From: Bacillota bacterium
GTDB lineage: Bacteria; Bacillota; Ch66; Ch109
Direction: 5' to 3'
Length of the DNA: 64,000 nucleotides
Assembly: GCA_050952625.1 (NCBI GenBank)
Contig: JBMNLH010000002.1
Coordinates: 1 to 64,000 of the forward strand
Below, one piece after another: positions 1 to 10,313 of this stretch. The notes beneath the pieces were generated by a model. The model was not told the DNA's origin. It ran no database searches and saw only the letters and a list, made by a program, of their open reading frames with translations. Each line of letters opens with the position of its first letter. The first letter of the stretch is position 1. The translations under genes were made by a program, and so were the position numbers.

Positions 1-1
1 A

Positions 2-33
2 TCCTCGTATCTACAAAAAAGTAGATACGAGGA
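2..33. terminator. Perfect 13-bp hairpin (tcctcgtatctac/gtagatacgagga), probable intrinsic terminator of the SLH gene
   Basis: Inverted repeat ~50 nt downstream of the stop of the 81..1532 minus-strand gene; a U-tract would lie outside the window. Confidence 0.55.
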
Positions 34-80
34 AGAAAAACGTGCCAACGTGTCTTAGGTTAAGCGCAGTCTCTTCTCAA

Positions 81-1532
81 CTACTTATACGCTTCATACA
101 CTCGCACCGCAATAATAACCGCTTGTTCTCGGGTGCAGGTAGCTTTGGGATCAAATCTGTTGCCCCCAACCCCAAAAAGGATCCCGTTTTTCGTCATAAA
201 CTTGACGCTGTCTAAACAGTATGACGCTATTTCACTTTGGTCGGCAAAGACGGGGGCGCCTTCCCCTGACAGGTCAACAGTCGGTTTAATAATCCCAACA
301 GCGCGGGTCAGCATGGTGGCAATCTGTTCCCGGTTGGTCAGGGATTTGGGGTCGAATTTGTTATCACCGATCCCAAAAATAATGCCCAACTTATAAGCCT
401 TAAGTACTTCTGGATTGTTAGTATCGGTAAAGGTTGCTGCGGGTGCTGCCTCCGCTTTCTTACCGGTATACACTTCATAAAGCCTGGTGGCAACCTCGGC
501 AAATTCCTCACGGGTGATCGGGCCACTCATATTCGCCTTAATGCTGTCCGTGATCAGCCCATACTCGACCGCTTTGTCCAGTTCTGGCATTGCCCAATCG
601 CTGGCCCCCCGATAATAGGCCGGGGTACCAATTGAAATGACATTAGAGAAGGGCGACTTAACCTGCGTTCCGTCTGGCTTCTCAAACTCAAAGCAGGTGC
701 GGAGGTAATAGGTGTTTTCTTCAATATTGATTTCATCCCATCCACCTTTATCAATCGGGTCTAATTCCATTTGTTTGACCAGGGACATACCCGGACTAGC
801 AAACATCTGCTCCCCAGTTTCCGACGCCCATCGGCCATCGCCGATTTTCCAATCAATCCGATTGACAACGCCAACCAATTGATTAGCCGCCGTCACACTG
901 TCGGGGACATCCCATTTTAAAGAAAAGTAAGGCCGACCATCCAGATCTTGCTTCAATTCACCGCTAAAATTGACTGGGGCTTCCAGGCTGCTGGGCAGGC
1001 CGCCGGCAGCCAGCTTGCCAATAGCCGCTTCCGTGTAAGGTGAAACAACGTGTTTATATCCCCACTCCCCGGTAGCCGGGTCCTCGGCTTCGTATTCATA
1101 GATATAACGGAGACGGAAATAATAGGTGTTGTTTTGCAGATCAAAATGGTCAATATTAAACGGCCAATGGGTGATGAACCCGGATGCGACATAATCATCA
1201 TCATAGACTATCTCGTCCAAGACGTCATCGAATCCCTCGTAGTATTCCCATACTCCTTGAGTACTGAAGGATCCCCAACTCGTGTTATATTTCCAGGGAC
1301 CGTCGTTAACCTTCCAATCTAATTCGGTTAAAATATAATAATCATTTTCAATTAAATCAATTATGCTTTGAGGGTTAGTATACCGAAAATTCAGGTGCCC
1401 CAGTGAAGGGTCTGCTGAAAAATTAAGGTTCATGGGTGCTTCCAGGCTGCTAGGCGGGTCATTTTCCGCATAAGCAACACCGGGTAAGGCCAACATCAGA
1501 CAAAGAACCAGCACAATGGTCTTTTTATACAT
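81..1532 (-). CDS. Secreted S-layer homology (SLH) domain protein with two FN3-like N-terminal modules
   Basis: Signal peptide MYKKTIVLVLCLMLALPGVAYA; two PSSLEAPxN...DWK...YYxR modules; three C-terminal SLH motifs (ITREE, TNREQ, CTREQ); start moved to ATG 1532 after a GGGAGG RBS. Confidence 0.85.
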   Translation of the reverse strand: MYKKTIVLVLCLMLALPGVAYAENDPPSSLEAPMNLNFSADPSLGHLNFRYTNPQSIIDLIENDYYILTELDWKVNDGPWKYNTSWGSFSTQGVWEYYEGFDDVLDEIVYDDDYVASGFITHWPFNIDHFDLQNNTYYFRLRYIYEYEAEDPATGEWGYKHVVSPYTEAAIGKLAAGGLPSSLEAPVNFSGELKQDLDGRPYFSLKWDVPDSVTAANQLVGVVNRIDWKIGDGRWASETGEQMFASPGMSLVKQMELDPIDKGGWDEINIEENTYYLRTCFEFEKPDGTQVKSPFSNVISIGTPAYYRGASDWAMPELDKAVEYGLITDSIKANMSGPITREEFAEVATRLYEVYTGKKAEAAPAATFTDTNNPEVLKAYKLGIIFGIGDNKFDPKSLTNREQIATMLTRAVGIIKPTVDLSGEGAPVFADQSEIASYCLDSVKFMTKNGILFGVGGNRFDPKATCTREQAVIIAVRVYEAYK

Positions 1533-1799
1533 CTTATATTCCTCCCTTTTTAATAAATAATCTAGCATCAATAAATAATCTAGCATTAATACTAATTACC
1601 GCTACAGGCTTGAGGGCGGACGACAATTGATCAAACAGACAAGGCTTGTCCCGGTAATCTGTTTGACACCCCTTTTTGACGTCCTTACCCCCTTACTAAT
1701 TCAATCACCTCCTTTGATTTGTATTCGTCGTCTTATCACGGCTCGCCTTCGGTTAACAACACTTTGGGAACAAACCGTTATTACTTTGACTTTCAATCT

Positions 1800-4532
1800 C
1801 TAAAAACGGACGCATCCCTGTCCGAATAATTTGGCACTGGCACTTACTTTGGGTTTAAACGATTCCAGCCAGCTATCATTCATGTTAGCTTTTTCTCCCC
1901 CAACTGATAAATCTCCGAGGTCCCATTTTCCTTCTAAGAAATCATAGGAAGCGGACTGAGAGAATGGTCCAGCTTTCAACGCACCTTCGAATTTTAAGCT
2001 GCCACAATTATCAAGGGTCAATCCGATACTGGGTCCTACGCCCATATAGGTAGCCTCGGCTTGCGCTCCTACCTTGGTCCCGGTATCGGCCAGACCTCCA
2101 AAAGGAGATATTTCTATCCCGCCGCCAACACCAAATCCAACTTCTCCGCAAAGGGAGACGCCTTCGCCGGTAATGCAAAGCTGACCGCCAATCCCGACAC
2201 CGGCGTAATACGAACCACCGATGCAGAACAGGCCGGAAGGATCGCGAAGGTTAACCGGGTTGTTGCTGACGTATACATAAAGGTTACCTTGCTTACCGTT
2301 GAAGAGGATCGGGTCGCGGGCCGTCCAGCGCCCGGCTGCCGGATCATAATCCCGCATTCCGAAGTGAACCAGCTCGGTATCCGGGTCGTTTATCCCTCCG
2401 GCAAAACCGATGGGTAGTTTGAAATCGGGATTACTGTCCGATAACAATTTTCCGAAACTGTCATACTCCATGACCTTTACTGCCTGACCGTTTGCATCGC
2501 TTACTACTCGCGGGGTTCCCTGCTGGTCGGCGGCTACATAGTACCAGTCAGAACCCTGCTTGATCGCAAAGAGGCAGTTGAGCTGATCATAATAATACTG
2601 GCTTACGACCCCGGAATTATCTCGCACAGCGGTTACCTCAAAGGGGTTGCCGGGATTACCATACAGGTAGTGTTCCGTGGCGACACCGTCTACCAGGCGG
2701 GCCACCCGCCGGCCTACACCATCATAGAGGTACGAGATTTCGGTACCGCTTTCCAGTATGACTTTTACCAGCTCACCCTGGGCACTGTATTCGAAGGTGT
2801 CACTGCCCCTCTGGGCCAGGAAACCGTCCTCGTTAAACTGGTAAGTAACACCTCCCAGGCTGGTTAAACGGTCCTGGGCATCGTAAAGGGCACCTCCTGA
2901 CAGCCGGTTGCCGTTGGAATCATAGGTGTAGGTTTCGTTGCGATCCCCGGTAACTCCCGTCAACTGCTTGTTGGCATCGTAATTATATGTCGTGCCGTAT
3001 ACTGCCCCGGTTACCGTTTCGTTCTTTTGGGAGATTAGCCCCGTATTATCAAAGCTAAGTCCTAAACTGTAAATCTGCTGACCGTTCACTTGGTGAGTGC
3101 GATTGGTTATCCTGCCGAAGTTGTCATAGCTGTAATCAATGGTCATATCCCGATTGCTGATCTGGGTGGGCAGACCGAAGGAATGATTACGGGTTAAGGT
3201 AAATTCACCGTATTTCGTGACCAGTCCATCTGCATCGTACTCCAGAGCTATCTCAGGGTCCCCGGTCAGGGTGAATCCGGCCAGGTTTAAATTAAAGTTG
3301 TAACGATAATCGTATACGCCGGATACCGGACCGCTGACTGCCATTTGCGTGAGCAGCGAGCCATCGTACATGAAGCTATAGTCGACCCCGTCCGGATTAC
3401 GTTCAATGCTGGTGACCCGGTCGGTATTGTCACTGTAACCGAAGGATGAAGATATTGAGTCGTATTGCATGCCGATGATCCGTCCCGCGGCATCATATTG
3501 GTAGTCTACCTGGCGCGAACTGGGCAGGGTGAGATAATCCACAGCCCGGTCCAGATTGTAGCTCTTCTGGTAGCTGCCGTTCCCCGGAGGGGTATAGCTT
3601 TCAGGCAGGTCTACCTTGGTGTATCCCAGTTGGTGTTTAGCCCCGTTCGGCATGGTGATCTCCGTGACATTGCCGTTGGCATCATAACCAAATTGGTACA
3701 TTTGCAGGCCCGGCATGGTCAGTTTAGTAAGCAGGTCGGCACCATTGTATTCGTACAGATAATTGTCTCCTGCGGCATCCTGCAGACCGGTGATCCGGTT
3801 CATTTCATCCCAGGTATAGCTTACACGCTGATTGCCTTGCACAATTTCATGCAAGCGACCTTTTTCATCGTAGTCATACTGGACGGGTTCCAGATCGCCA
3901 TTTCGTTCTTCGATAAGGCGGCCATACCAGTCTAAGGTGTTAACCATCTGCCGCCCTTCGGGTGTGGTTGAGGTCACTGTTACCGTTTGGGTATCCCTAT
4001 CGATGATATAGGTGGTGATATAGGGTTTTGGGTTGTTGTTCCGGGTCATGGTGTCGGTTATTTTAGTTACCGTCAAAAGATTGTAGGCATCCACCAGTTC
4101 AACGGTACGCTCTCGGGTTACTGTTGATGTAAGTCCATTTGGAGTGGTCACCGTGAATTTGGCTGGGATGGGGGCACTCATGCCCATTCCCAGGCGCGGG
4201 TCAGGACCTTCGATGGTGGTTAGCTTCGTGCCGTCAGGATAGGTGACTTTTTTTGTACTATCGAGCAGGATCTCAGTTGTAGTCTTGCCGCCAAGCGGGT
4301 CGGTATCGGTTCTCCGGATCAGAATTCCAGCAGGGTATTCCACCTGGTAAGTGGAAACCAACCCTTCAGCAGTTCGCACCTCCACCTTAAAACCATTCTG
4401 ATCTGGCAGCTCGGACCTTATCAACTCAGTATAACCACCAGCCGGGTCTTCATCTTTAACCAGTCGTCCTGCTTCGTCATAAGTAAACCGGTGCGGGTTT
4501 TCCTTGTGTTTGTGGTCAATAAAAGTGGTCAA
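1800..4532 (-). pseudogene. RHS/YD-repeat (teneurin-like) protein, N-terminally truncated; RHS core plus Gly-rich C-terminal domain
   Basis: Many YD repeats, RHS core (FAGG...RDYDP..GRWTARDP...NPVNLRDPSGL); the ORF begins in mid-repeat with no RBS, overlapping the truncated SLH ORF. Confidence 0.75.
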
Positions 4533-5104
4533 TTTTCCGCCCGGGTTATGTTTTTCAGAGGTCCAAAGGTCTTATCAGGGAAACCGGCCATAATGCCATG
4601 AGTAGTCACTGCGTTAACACCTGTTTTCGCCCATTCCCCAATACGGTGTTGGTCGCTGTAAGAATCCAGGATACTCGCGTTCCCCGGTTCCAGACCCAAA
4701 AGTTTAGATATCAGAAAGGCAGCTTCCTGCCGACTTATGGGTTTGTTCGGTTTAAACGTACCGTCCGTATAGCCGGAAATGTAACCAGCCTTCTGGCCTG
4801 CCATGACCTCGTCATAAAACCAGTCGGACGGCTTAACGTCGGAGAAACTACTGGTCGAATTACTGTTCGGAATGTTGAAAGCTCGGTTAACCAGGGTAAC
4901 CATCTCAGCCCTGGTTATTGAGTTATCAGGCTTAAACTGTCCATCAGGATAGCCGGTAATCAATCCAGCACTTATCCATTTTTCAATATAGACCTCTGCC
5001 CAGTGCCCGCTGATATCCGACATATCCGTGGCCGCTACAGCTGACAGGCATAATAGGAATGCCAGGCACAAGGTCATAATTCCGATTAAAAACTGCCTTT
5101 TCAA
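4529..5104 (-). pseudogene. Signal peptide plus SLH domains; 5' remnant of the same large SLH-RHS gene
   Basis: TTG start after GGGAGGG; signal peptide; SLH motifs ITRAE and ISRQE; stops immediately after the third ITRAE. Confidence 0.7.
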
Positions 5105-5213
5105 GAAAAACCCTCCCTTCATTTTCTGTCTGCCAACCTGCACTGACGGGATTTCTAAACAGTACTTGCGGAAACACCTCCTTTAACGGGTCCCTAAAGC
5201 CAATGATAAAACG

Positions 5214-5717
5214 CTAATTCTGTTGATTGATCAGCACGACGACGGCATGAGTTATCACCCCATTATTGCCCGTCAACGGGAAAATGACGGCGTCCTGACG
5301 GTCCGCAATGCCTCTGTCGGTTGTTCCGCCAGTCCCGCCCAAGCTCATTAGGGGGGATTGACATTGAGATAAGAAAACGGTTTCTCCTGCTAATGCCCGT
5401 TTTATCGCCTCCGCGATCCCATTCTCCAGGTGGGAGGAATGGCTGAAAACGTTATACTTCCCCACGATGCCTTGGCTGTCACTTAAATTAGCTGCGGCGA
5501 GGAGCGTATGGTTTACCATCCTCAACAGGCCGTCGGGTAAGAAGACGGCAATCGGATAAGGGAAATAGTCAATGATCTGGGCAAGTAAATCTCCATAGGC
5601 GGTCAGCGACTGAAATCTTTTTATCATCTGATCCTGCGCTTCCAGTTTTTCTTCAATCGCTTTCTGCGTTTCAATCAGCTCTTTCAAAAGTTGTCTTTTA
5701 ACATCACTTGAGTCCAT
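5214..5717 (-). CDS. Stand-alone PAS-domain protein, paralog of the adjacent PAS-AraC sensors
   Basis: Shares IIDYFPYPIAVF..DG..MVN and VGKYNVF motifs with 5992..6804 and 6837..7637 but has no HTH. Confidence 0.75.
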   Translation of the reverse strand: MDSSDVKRQLLKELIETQKAIEEKLEAQDQMIKRFQSLTAYGDLLAQIIDYFPYPIAVFLPDGLLRMVNHTLLAAANLSDSQGIVGKYNVFSHSSHLENGIAEAIKRALAGETVFLSQCQSPLMSLGGTGGTTDRGIADRQDAVIFPLTGNNGVITHAVVVLINQQN

Positions 5718-5991
5718 CACACACCCCCCATGACCATGCGGACATTGCTTCACAATAACAATAATTGAAATGGTATTTTTGGTATATGTAATCTAAGGCT
5801 GTAAAGTATCGGAATACTGCTATTTGTATCAACAGACTTCACTGTCAGGGGGATGACGCCTGCAAGAACAGAAATCATTGTTCAACTAGTCCCTCTAGCT
5901 CGGTAGAAAGTGTATCCATAGATATGTCGCGCCTATGGTATAATAGCCGCGAGGGACAAGGCTGTGCGGAAAACAACGGGAGGGGGCAAAA

Positions 5992-6804
5992 ATGAAAGAT
6001 AATATCATAGACCGGCCAACGGAGGCCGCTCAGCCTTTTCAGGCGATCTTTGCCAATGAAGAGCTGTTTGAAAAAATGGTAGAATTTTTCCCGTATCCGG
6101 TGCAGGTTTTTTCCGTCGATGGAACGGCGGTCAGGATCAACCGGGCTGCGCTGGAAATGATAGGCATCCGGAGTGTGGAGGCGCATGTGGGTAAATACAA
6201 TGTTTTTCAGGATCCACTCGTAAGGGAACTTGGCATTATGGACCAGGTCAAGCAGGTGCTGACCGGAAAGACTGTATACATGACTGATCTCGATTTTTCT
6301 TATCAAAACATGATCAAATATTTCAATGTGGTAGACAGGGACATCAAGACCCTGCATGTGGACATCACGTGTTTCCCTCTCATGAAGCCGGATCACACGG
6401 TGGGCTGTTTCGTTGCCATTTTTTTTATAAAGAAAGCATACCGGGGCCGGGAGGAGATCCAAAGAGGCAAAGAATACATCGAAAATCATTGGCGGGAAAA
6501 ATATGACGCTAGGAAGGTGGCAGAGGCAGCAAATCTGAGCGCGCATCATTTCGCGAAGCTTTTTAAAAAGCATGTGGGCATCACGCCCTACGACTACTAT
6601 ATAGACATAAAAATACGCAAAATACAGGAGCGGTTAAGGGACCCAAACCTTACCATTGCCGAGGCCTTCGCTGCTTGCGGTGTCGATTATCACGGACATT
6701 TTGCCCGGGTGTTCAAAAAAAGGGCCGGGCTCACCCCATCGCAATATCGTGAAGCGGAACGGGGGTTTTTGACTAAGAAAGATAGACTTCCGGAGATTGA
6801 TTGA
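5992..6804 (+). CDS. PAS-domain AraC family transcriptional regulator
   Basis: N-terminal PAS (FFPYPVQVFSVDG), C-terminal AraC HTH (LSAHHFAKLFKKHVGITP...GLTPSQYR); GGAGGGGG RBS. Confidence 0.9.
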   Translation: MKDNIIDRPTEAAQPFQAIFANEELFEKMVEFFPYPVQVFSVDGTAVRINRAALEMIGIRSVEAHVGKYNVFQDPLVRELGIMDQVKQVLTGKTVYMTDLDFSYQNMIKYFNVVDRDIKTLHVDITCFPLMKPDHTVGCFVAIFFIKKAYRGREEIQRGKEYIENHWREKYDARKVAEAANLSAHHFAKLFKKHVGITPYDYYIDIKIRKIQERLRDPNLTIAEAFAACGVDYHGHFARVFKKRAGLTPSQYREAERGFLTKKDRLPEID

Positions 6805-6836
6805 TCCCTGGAAGCCTGTTTGTCCCGATATTAATG

Positions 6837-7637
6837 TCACTTTATTGTCATTTCGCGGTATTTTAGAGGAGTAACCCCCACATGCTTTTTAAAAACGCTG
6901 AAAGAATGTCCATTGTATTCCAACCCACAGGCATCGAACGCTTCTTTCACAGTGAGATTGGTATCCCGCAGCTTTTCCATTAGGTGTTCCAGCTTGAGTT
7001 TTCGGTAATAGTTATGTGGAGTCATACCAACGTCGCTTTTGAACACGCGGGAGAAATGATATGGACTGAGACCGGCCGCTTTGGCCGCTTCATTCAAGTT
7101 AAACTCTTTGTCCCAATTGTTCTCGAGGTATTCTATGGCATTGGCAATACTGACTTTCCCCTTGTAGATTCTTTTGGTAATAAGAAGGACCGCCACATGG
7201 GACACCTCGCCCTGCTCGTCCTTAATGGGAAAACCCGTCGCGTCCTGATATATAGAATCGATATCGAGGTTTTCTATTCTATAACGCTCCCTGATGGATT
7301 TAAGGGGCACCTTGATATTTGTCACCGTACGGGTCTGGCCATTGAATACTTCCTTCACCAGGTCAGAAAACCCGAGTCTCTCGATTGCCGGATCTTCGAA
7401 TATGTTGTACCTACCGATGATCATATCCTTACTGGGGACTCCGAATTCGGCCAGCAGGGCCCGGTTGACCATGACCGCAGTGCCATCCCGCGCGAATACC
7501 TCAATGGGATACGGAAAAAAATCAATGATTTTTGAAAACAGCTCTTCTTGCGCCAGAACAGCCTCAAAGGAGGCCTGAAGCCTATTAAGCCTGTCCTGTT
7601 TCGAATCATGTACGTTTTCCATATTGCCCATAGTCAT
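6837..7637 (-). CDS. PAS-domain AraC family transcriptional regulator
   Basis: PAS plus AraC HTH (LSPYHFSRVFKSDVGMTP...GVTPLKYR). Confidence 0.9.
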   Translation of the reverse strand: MTMGNMENVHDSKQDRLNRLQASFEAVLAQEELFSKIIDFFPYPIEVFARDGTAVMVNRALLAEFGVPSKDMIIGRYNIFEDPAIERLGFSDLVKEVFNGQTRTVTNIKVPLKSIRERYRIENLDIDSIYQDATGFPIKDEQGEVSHVAVLLITKRIYKGKVSIANAIEYLENNWDKEFNLNEAAKAAGLSPYHFSRVFKSDVGMTPHNYYRKLKLEHLMEKLRDTNLTVKEAFDACGLEYNGHSFSVFKKHVGVTPLKYREMTIK

Positions 7638-8087
7638 CTAAACCTCATATCGCTAAAGATTTTTACTATTCTTTTTATAATTTAAAGCTCCTTCGCTAAC
7701 GCTCAGGATGACATTTGTCTGCTATTAACGTAGGTGGTTGTATTCTTGGAGTACTAGAGGATTAACATAAACATCTTCAAGGAGAATCCAATTGACTAGG
7801 TCTGCTCTTTGTGTTTAACAGGTCTTCTCTTCGTGTTTAAACTGTAGGCTTTTCTTTTGCGTACTCACTAATTTAAGTATAAAAGAAAATCAATTGTCGA
7901 TTAATAGGAAATAGTTCCCATTTTAATGCAGATTATGGCCTAATAAATTAAAATTCCAAGCCTTAGCGACTTGGAATTACCATGAATATTTCCCCATCTG
8001 CGTTCCTCTCTCAGCCAACAGGCCTGTACTGAGCCTTAGAATCTCGCTCCAGAAAACTTCTTGCGAACGACCAGGGCCTATTGGCCA

Positions 8088-8142
8088 CCGTGCCTTATAT
8101 CCCCATGCCTAAAGGCGGGGGCTTTACGGCACGTTTCGGTAA
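8088..8142. mobile_element. IS200/IS605-family terminal hairpin remnant, no transposase
   Basis: tatatccccatgcctaaaggcgggggctttacggcacgtttcggtaa resembles recalled IS200/IS605-type end sequences; imperfect hairpin. Confidence 0.5.
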
Positions 8143-8151
8143 TATCTCGAG

Positions 8152-8856
8152 TTAACCTCCGATCAATATCAATACCGACATAATCGTGTTCCACACGCTA
8201 TGCGCCAGGATTGATGCGAAGAGCGAGCCAGTTCGCTGGTAAATGAAAGCCAGGCCAAACCCGCCTAAGGTTAAAGGGATAAAGCGCCAGGGATCCAGAT
8301 GCAACGCCCCAAAAATAGCCGCCGATCCCCACATTCCAAAGGTTGCCCCCAGTCGATCCCGCAGGTATGGAAATAAAAACCCTCTAAAATAAAATTCCTC
8401 GCTTAATGGAGCCAATATCGAACCAACAACCATCACGAGGGCTAACTGCCGCCAATCTTGAGCTGCCAAAAGGATATCTACATAAGGTTGAGGCTCAGTG
8501 GGTTGGGGCATTAGCCAACTGAGTCCTAGCGATATTAAAATTACTGAAAAAAACAGAATAACCCCGCCCCCAAGACCAGCGGCTAAAACCCTGGAGATTG
8601 AGAATGGGGAAAGTCCCAAAGACAACCAGGGTAGCTTATGCCGCCGCCGCACATAATACATTACTAAACCAATCAGTACCGTGGCTTGGGCCATGGCGGC
8701 CAGAATAAAAAAAATAATAAGCGAACTGGTTGGATCGTTAGTCTGAGTATTCACCCAACTTTGAATAACGCCGCCAAATTGTCCAATGGCTCGACTCACT
8801 ATGATTAAGGCAACTAGTACTAAAAATACCTCTCGCCCTCGCCAAGGAACTGACAT
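8152..8856 (-). CDS. CPBP (CAAX/Abi) intramembrane metalloprotease
   Basis: EEFYFRG, FGALH and AHSVWN motifs; multiple TM segments. Confidence 0.9.
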   Translation of the reverse strand: MSVPWRGREVFLVLVALIIVSRAIGQFGGVIQSWVNTQTNDPTSSLIIFFILAAMAQATVLIGLVMYYVRRRHKLPWLSLGLSPFSISRVLAAGLGGGVILFFSVILISLGLSWLMPQPTEPQPYVDILLAAQDWRQLALVMVVGSILAPLSEEFYFRGFLFPYLRDRLGATFGMWGSAAIFGALHLDPWRFIPLTLGGFGLAFIYQRTGSLFASILAHSVWNTIMSVLILIGG

Positions 8857-9285
8857 AATCTCCTCCTCTTAGATATTAAAAATAATTTTTCCAAGAATAT
8901 TTAAGCTGAAAGAAGAAAACAATGGGATTAACCAGCTATTTTCCAGTATAATTGAACGTTCTCCTGTTTGTCGACTTAATTCAATCTTTATTTTCTGCTT
9001 TTCATTTTTACTGTGAAAATTTGAAAACTAACATTTAACTGGACTTTAAATAAATAAACCCTTTATCTCGGGGTATACTAAATGGCGTGATAGACTGATT
9101 TTGATGACTACGGCTAATGTAACCATAGTTGATCAAATATATCTATCAAGCTTTCAATTTAAAATGATGCTCCTGGTGTACCATCCCCACCCTGATCCAA
9201 CAAATCAGCCAATATAACCAATGCTTACCTGGGTTATGGTAATTTGGCATAAGTTTTGAATGTAAAATCACAGGGGGGAATTGGA

Positions 9286-10284
9286 ATGGAAGTGGTTATC
9301 CTTTTGGTCCTAGGGCTGGCCCTTATTTTTCTGGGCTTGACCTTTTTACAACGCCGAGGAACTTTTCTGGTCCCCCGCAAACCCTACGGTGGCGACAGAT
9401 CTGATCCTTACCAGAAACAACCCGATTTCAGAGGCTCACCCGAAATAGGGAGACAACAGAAAACTCAAATAGCTTCGAACAAATCTGATTTTGAAATTGG
9501 AGGGGATTTGGGCTTGGATACTCGTGACCATTTTCACGGACCAACACCTAATGTTCAGTCACAAACAATAGCACCTAACGATCATTTAACAAAGGTCATT
9601 ACAACCAGCCCAACTCAGACTAGGACAGTCACCGCAAAAGAGGCCTGGGCACCAGTAACAACTAAATACGCTGACCCGGAAACGGTGGAATCAGCCAGAC
9701 CGGTTCAACCAGTTGAATTCGTTGGTGAGCTGCCGGCTGAATATGGCGATAACCTGATTGTCACGCTGGTTCGTGACCCATACTGGCTCTTTGCTTACTG
9801 GGAAACAAATTGGCAGAAACAACAAGAAATCAGACAAGCATACGGACCCTTAGCTTGGGAAGAAGGACAGCATGTCTTAAGGGTTTTTGATACAACCGAT
9901 GTTCTGTTTAATGGGTTTAATGCTAATCATTATTTTGACATATTTATCAACCGCTACTCTAACCGCTGGCATATTGAGGTAGGACACCCTGAACGGACTT
10001 ATTGTATCGAAAGGGGAATTATTCTGCCCAGCGGTCAGTATGTAGTGCTGGCCCGTTCCAATTATGTCACGACTCCACCAGATAAAGTATCGAACATCAT
10101 CGATGAAGAATGGATGTTGCTCAGTGAGTTTGATCAGAAACTGTATCAACGTTTGGCACTGCTTCCACTAGGCGCAACTTCCCCTCAATTCGCCTACAGT
10201 GTCTCTCTGGCAGAAGAATTGGCCCGTTATGGATTTGGCATTAGTTCACCCGTGCCTTTTCGGCCAACTGAAGACCTAAACTAA
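9286..10284 (+). CDS. DUF4912 domain protein with N-terminal membrane anchor
   Basis: ELPAEYGDN.IV.LVRDPYWLFAYWE and ARSN.V.TP motifs; usual partner of GH57 branching enzymes; start at ATG 9286 after GGGGGAA. Confidence 0.85.
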   Translation: MEVVILLVLGLALIFLGLTFLQRRGTFLVPRKPYGGDRSDPYQKQPDFRGSPEIGRQQKTQIASNKSDFEIGGDLGLDTRDHFHGPTPNVQSQTIAPNDHLTKVITTSPTQTRTVTAKEAWAPVTTKYADPETVESARPVQPVEFVGELPAEYGDNLIVTLVRDPYWLFAYWETNWQKQQEIRQAYGPLAWEEGQHVLRVFDTTDVLFNGFNANHYFDIFINRYSNRWHIEVGHPERTYCIERGIILPSGQYVVLARSNYVTTPPDKVSNIIDEEWMLLSEFDQKLYQRLALLPLGATSPQFAYSVSLAEELARYGFGISSPVPFRPTEDLN

Positions 10285-10313
10285 CAAAATATGTTTGTAG
10301 GAAAGGATGAATC

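Noticed and set aside
1552-1592. 18-bp tandem duplication giving an MLDYLL-MLDYLL N-terminal extension
   Set aside because: It lies upstream of the RBS-supported start at 1532 and is probably a neutral local duplication
5875-7609. ORFs 5875..6573(-), 6984..7535(+) and other overlapping short ORFs
   Set aside because: Antisense or alternate-frame shadows of the PAS-AraC genes with no motifs; the same applies to most short ORFs overlapping long genes elsewhere in the window
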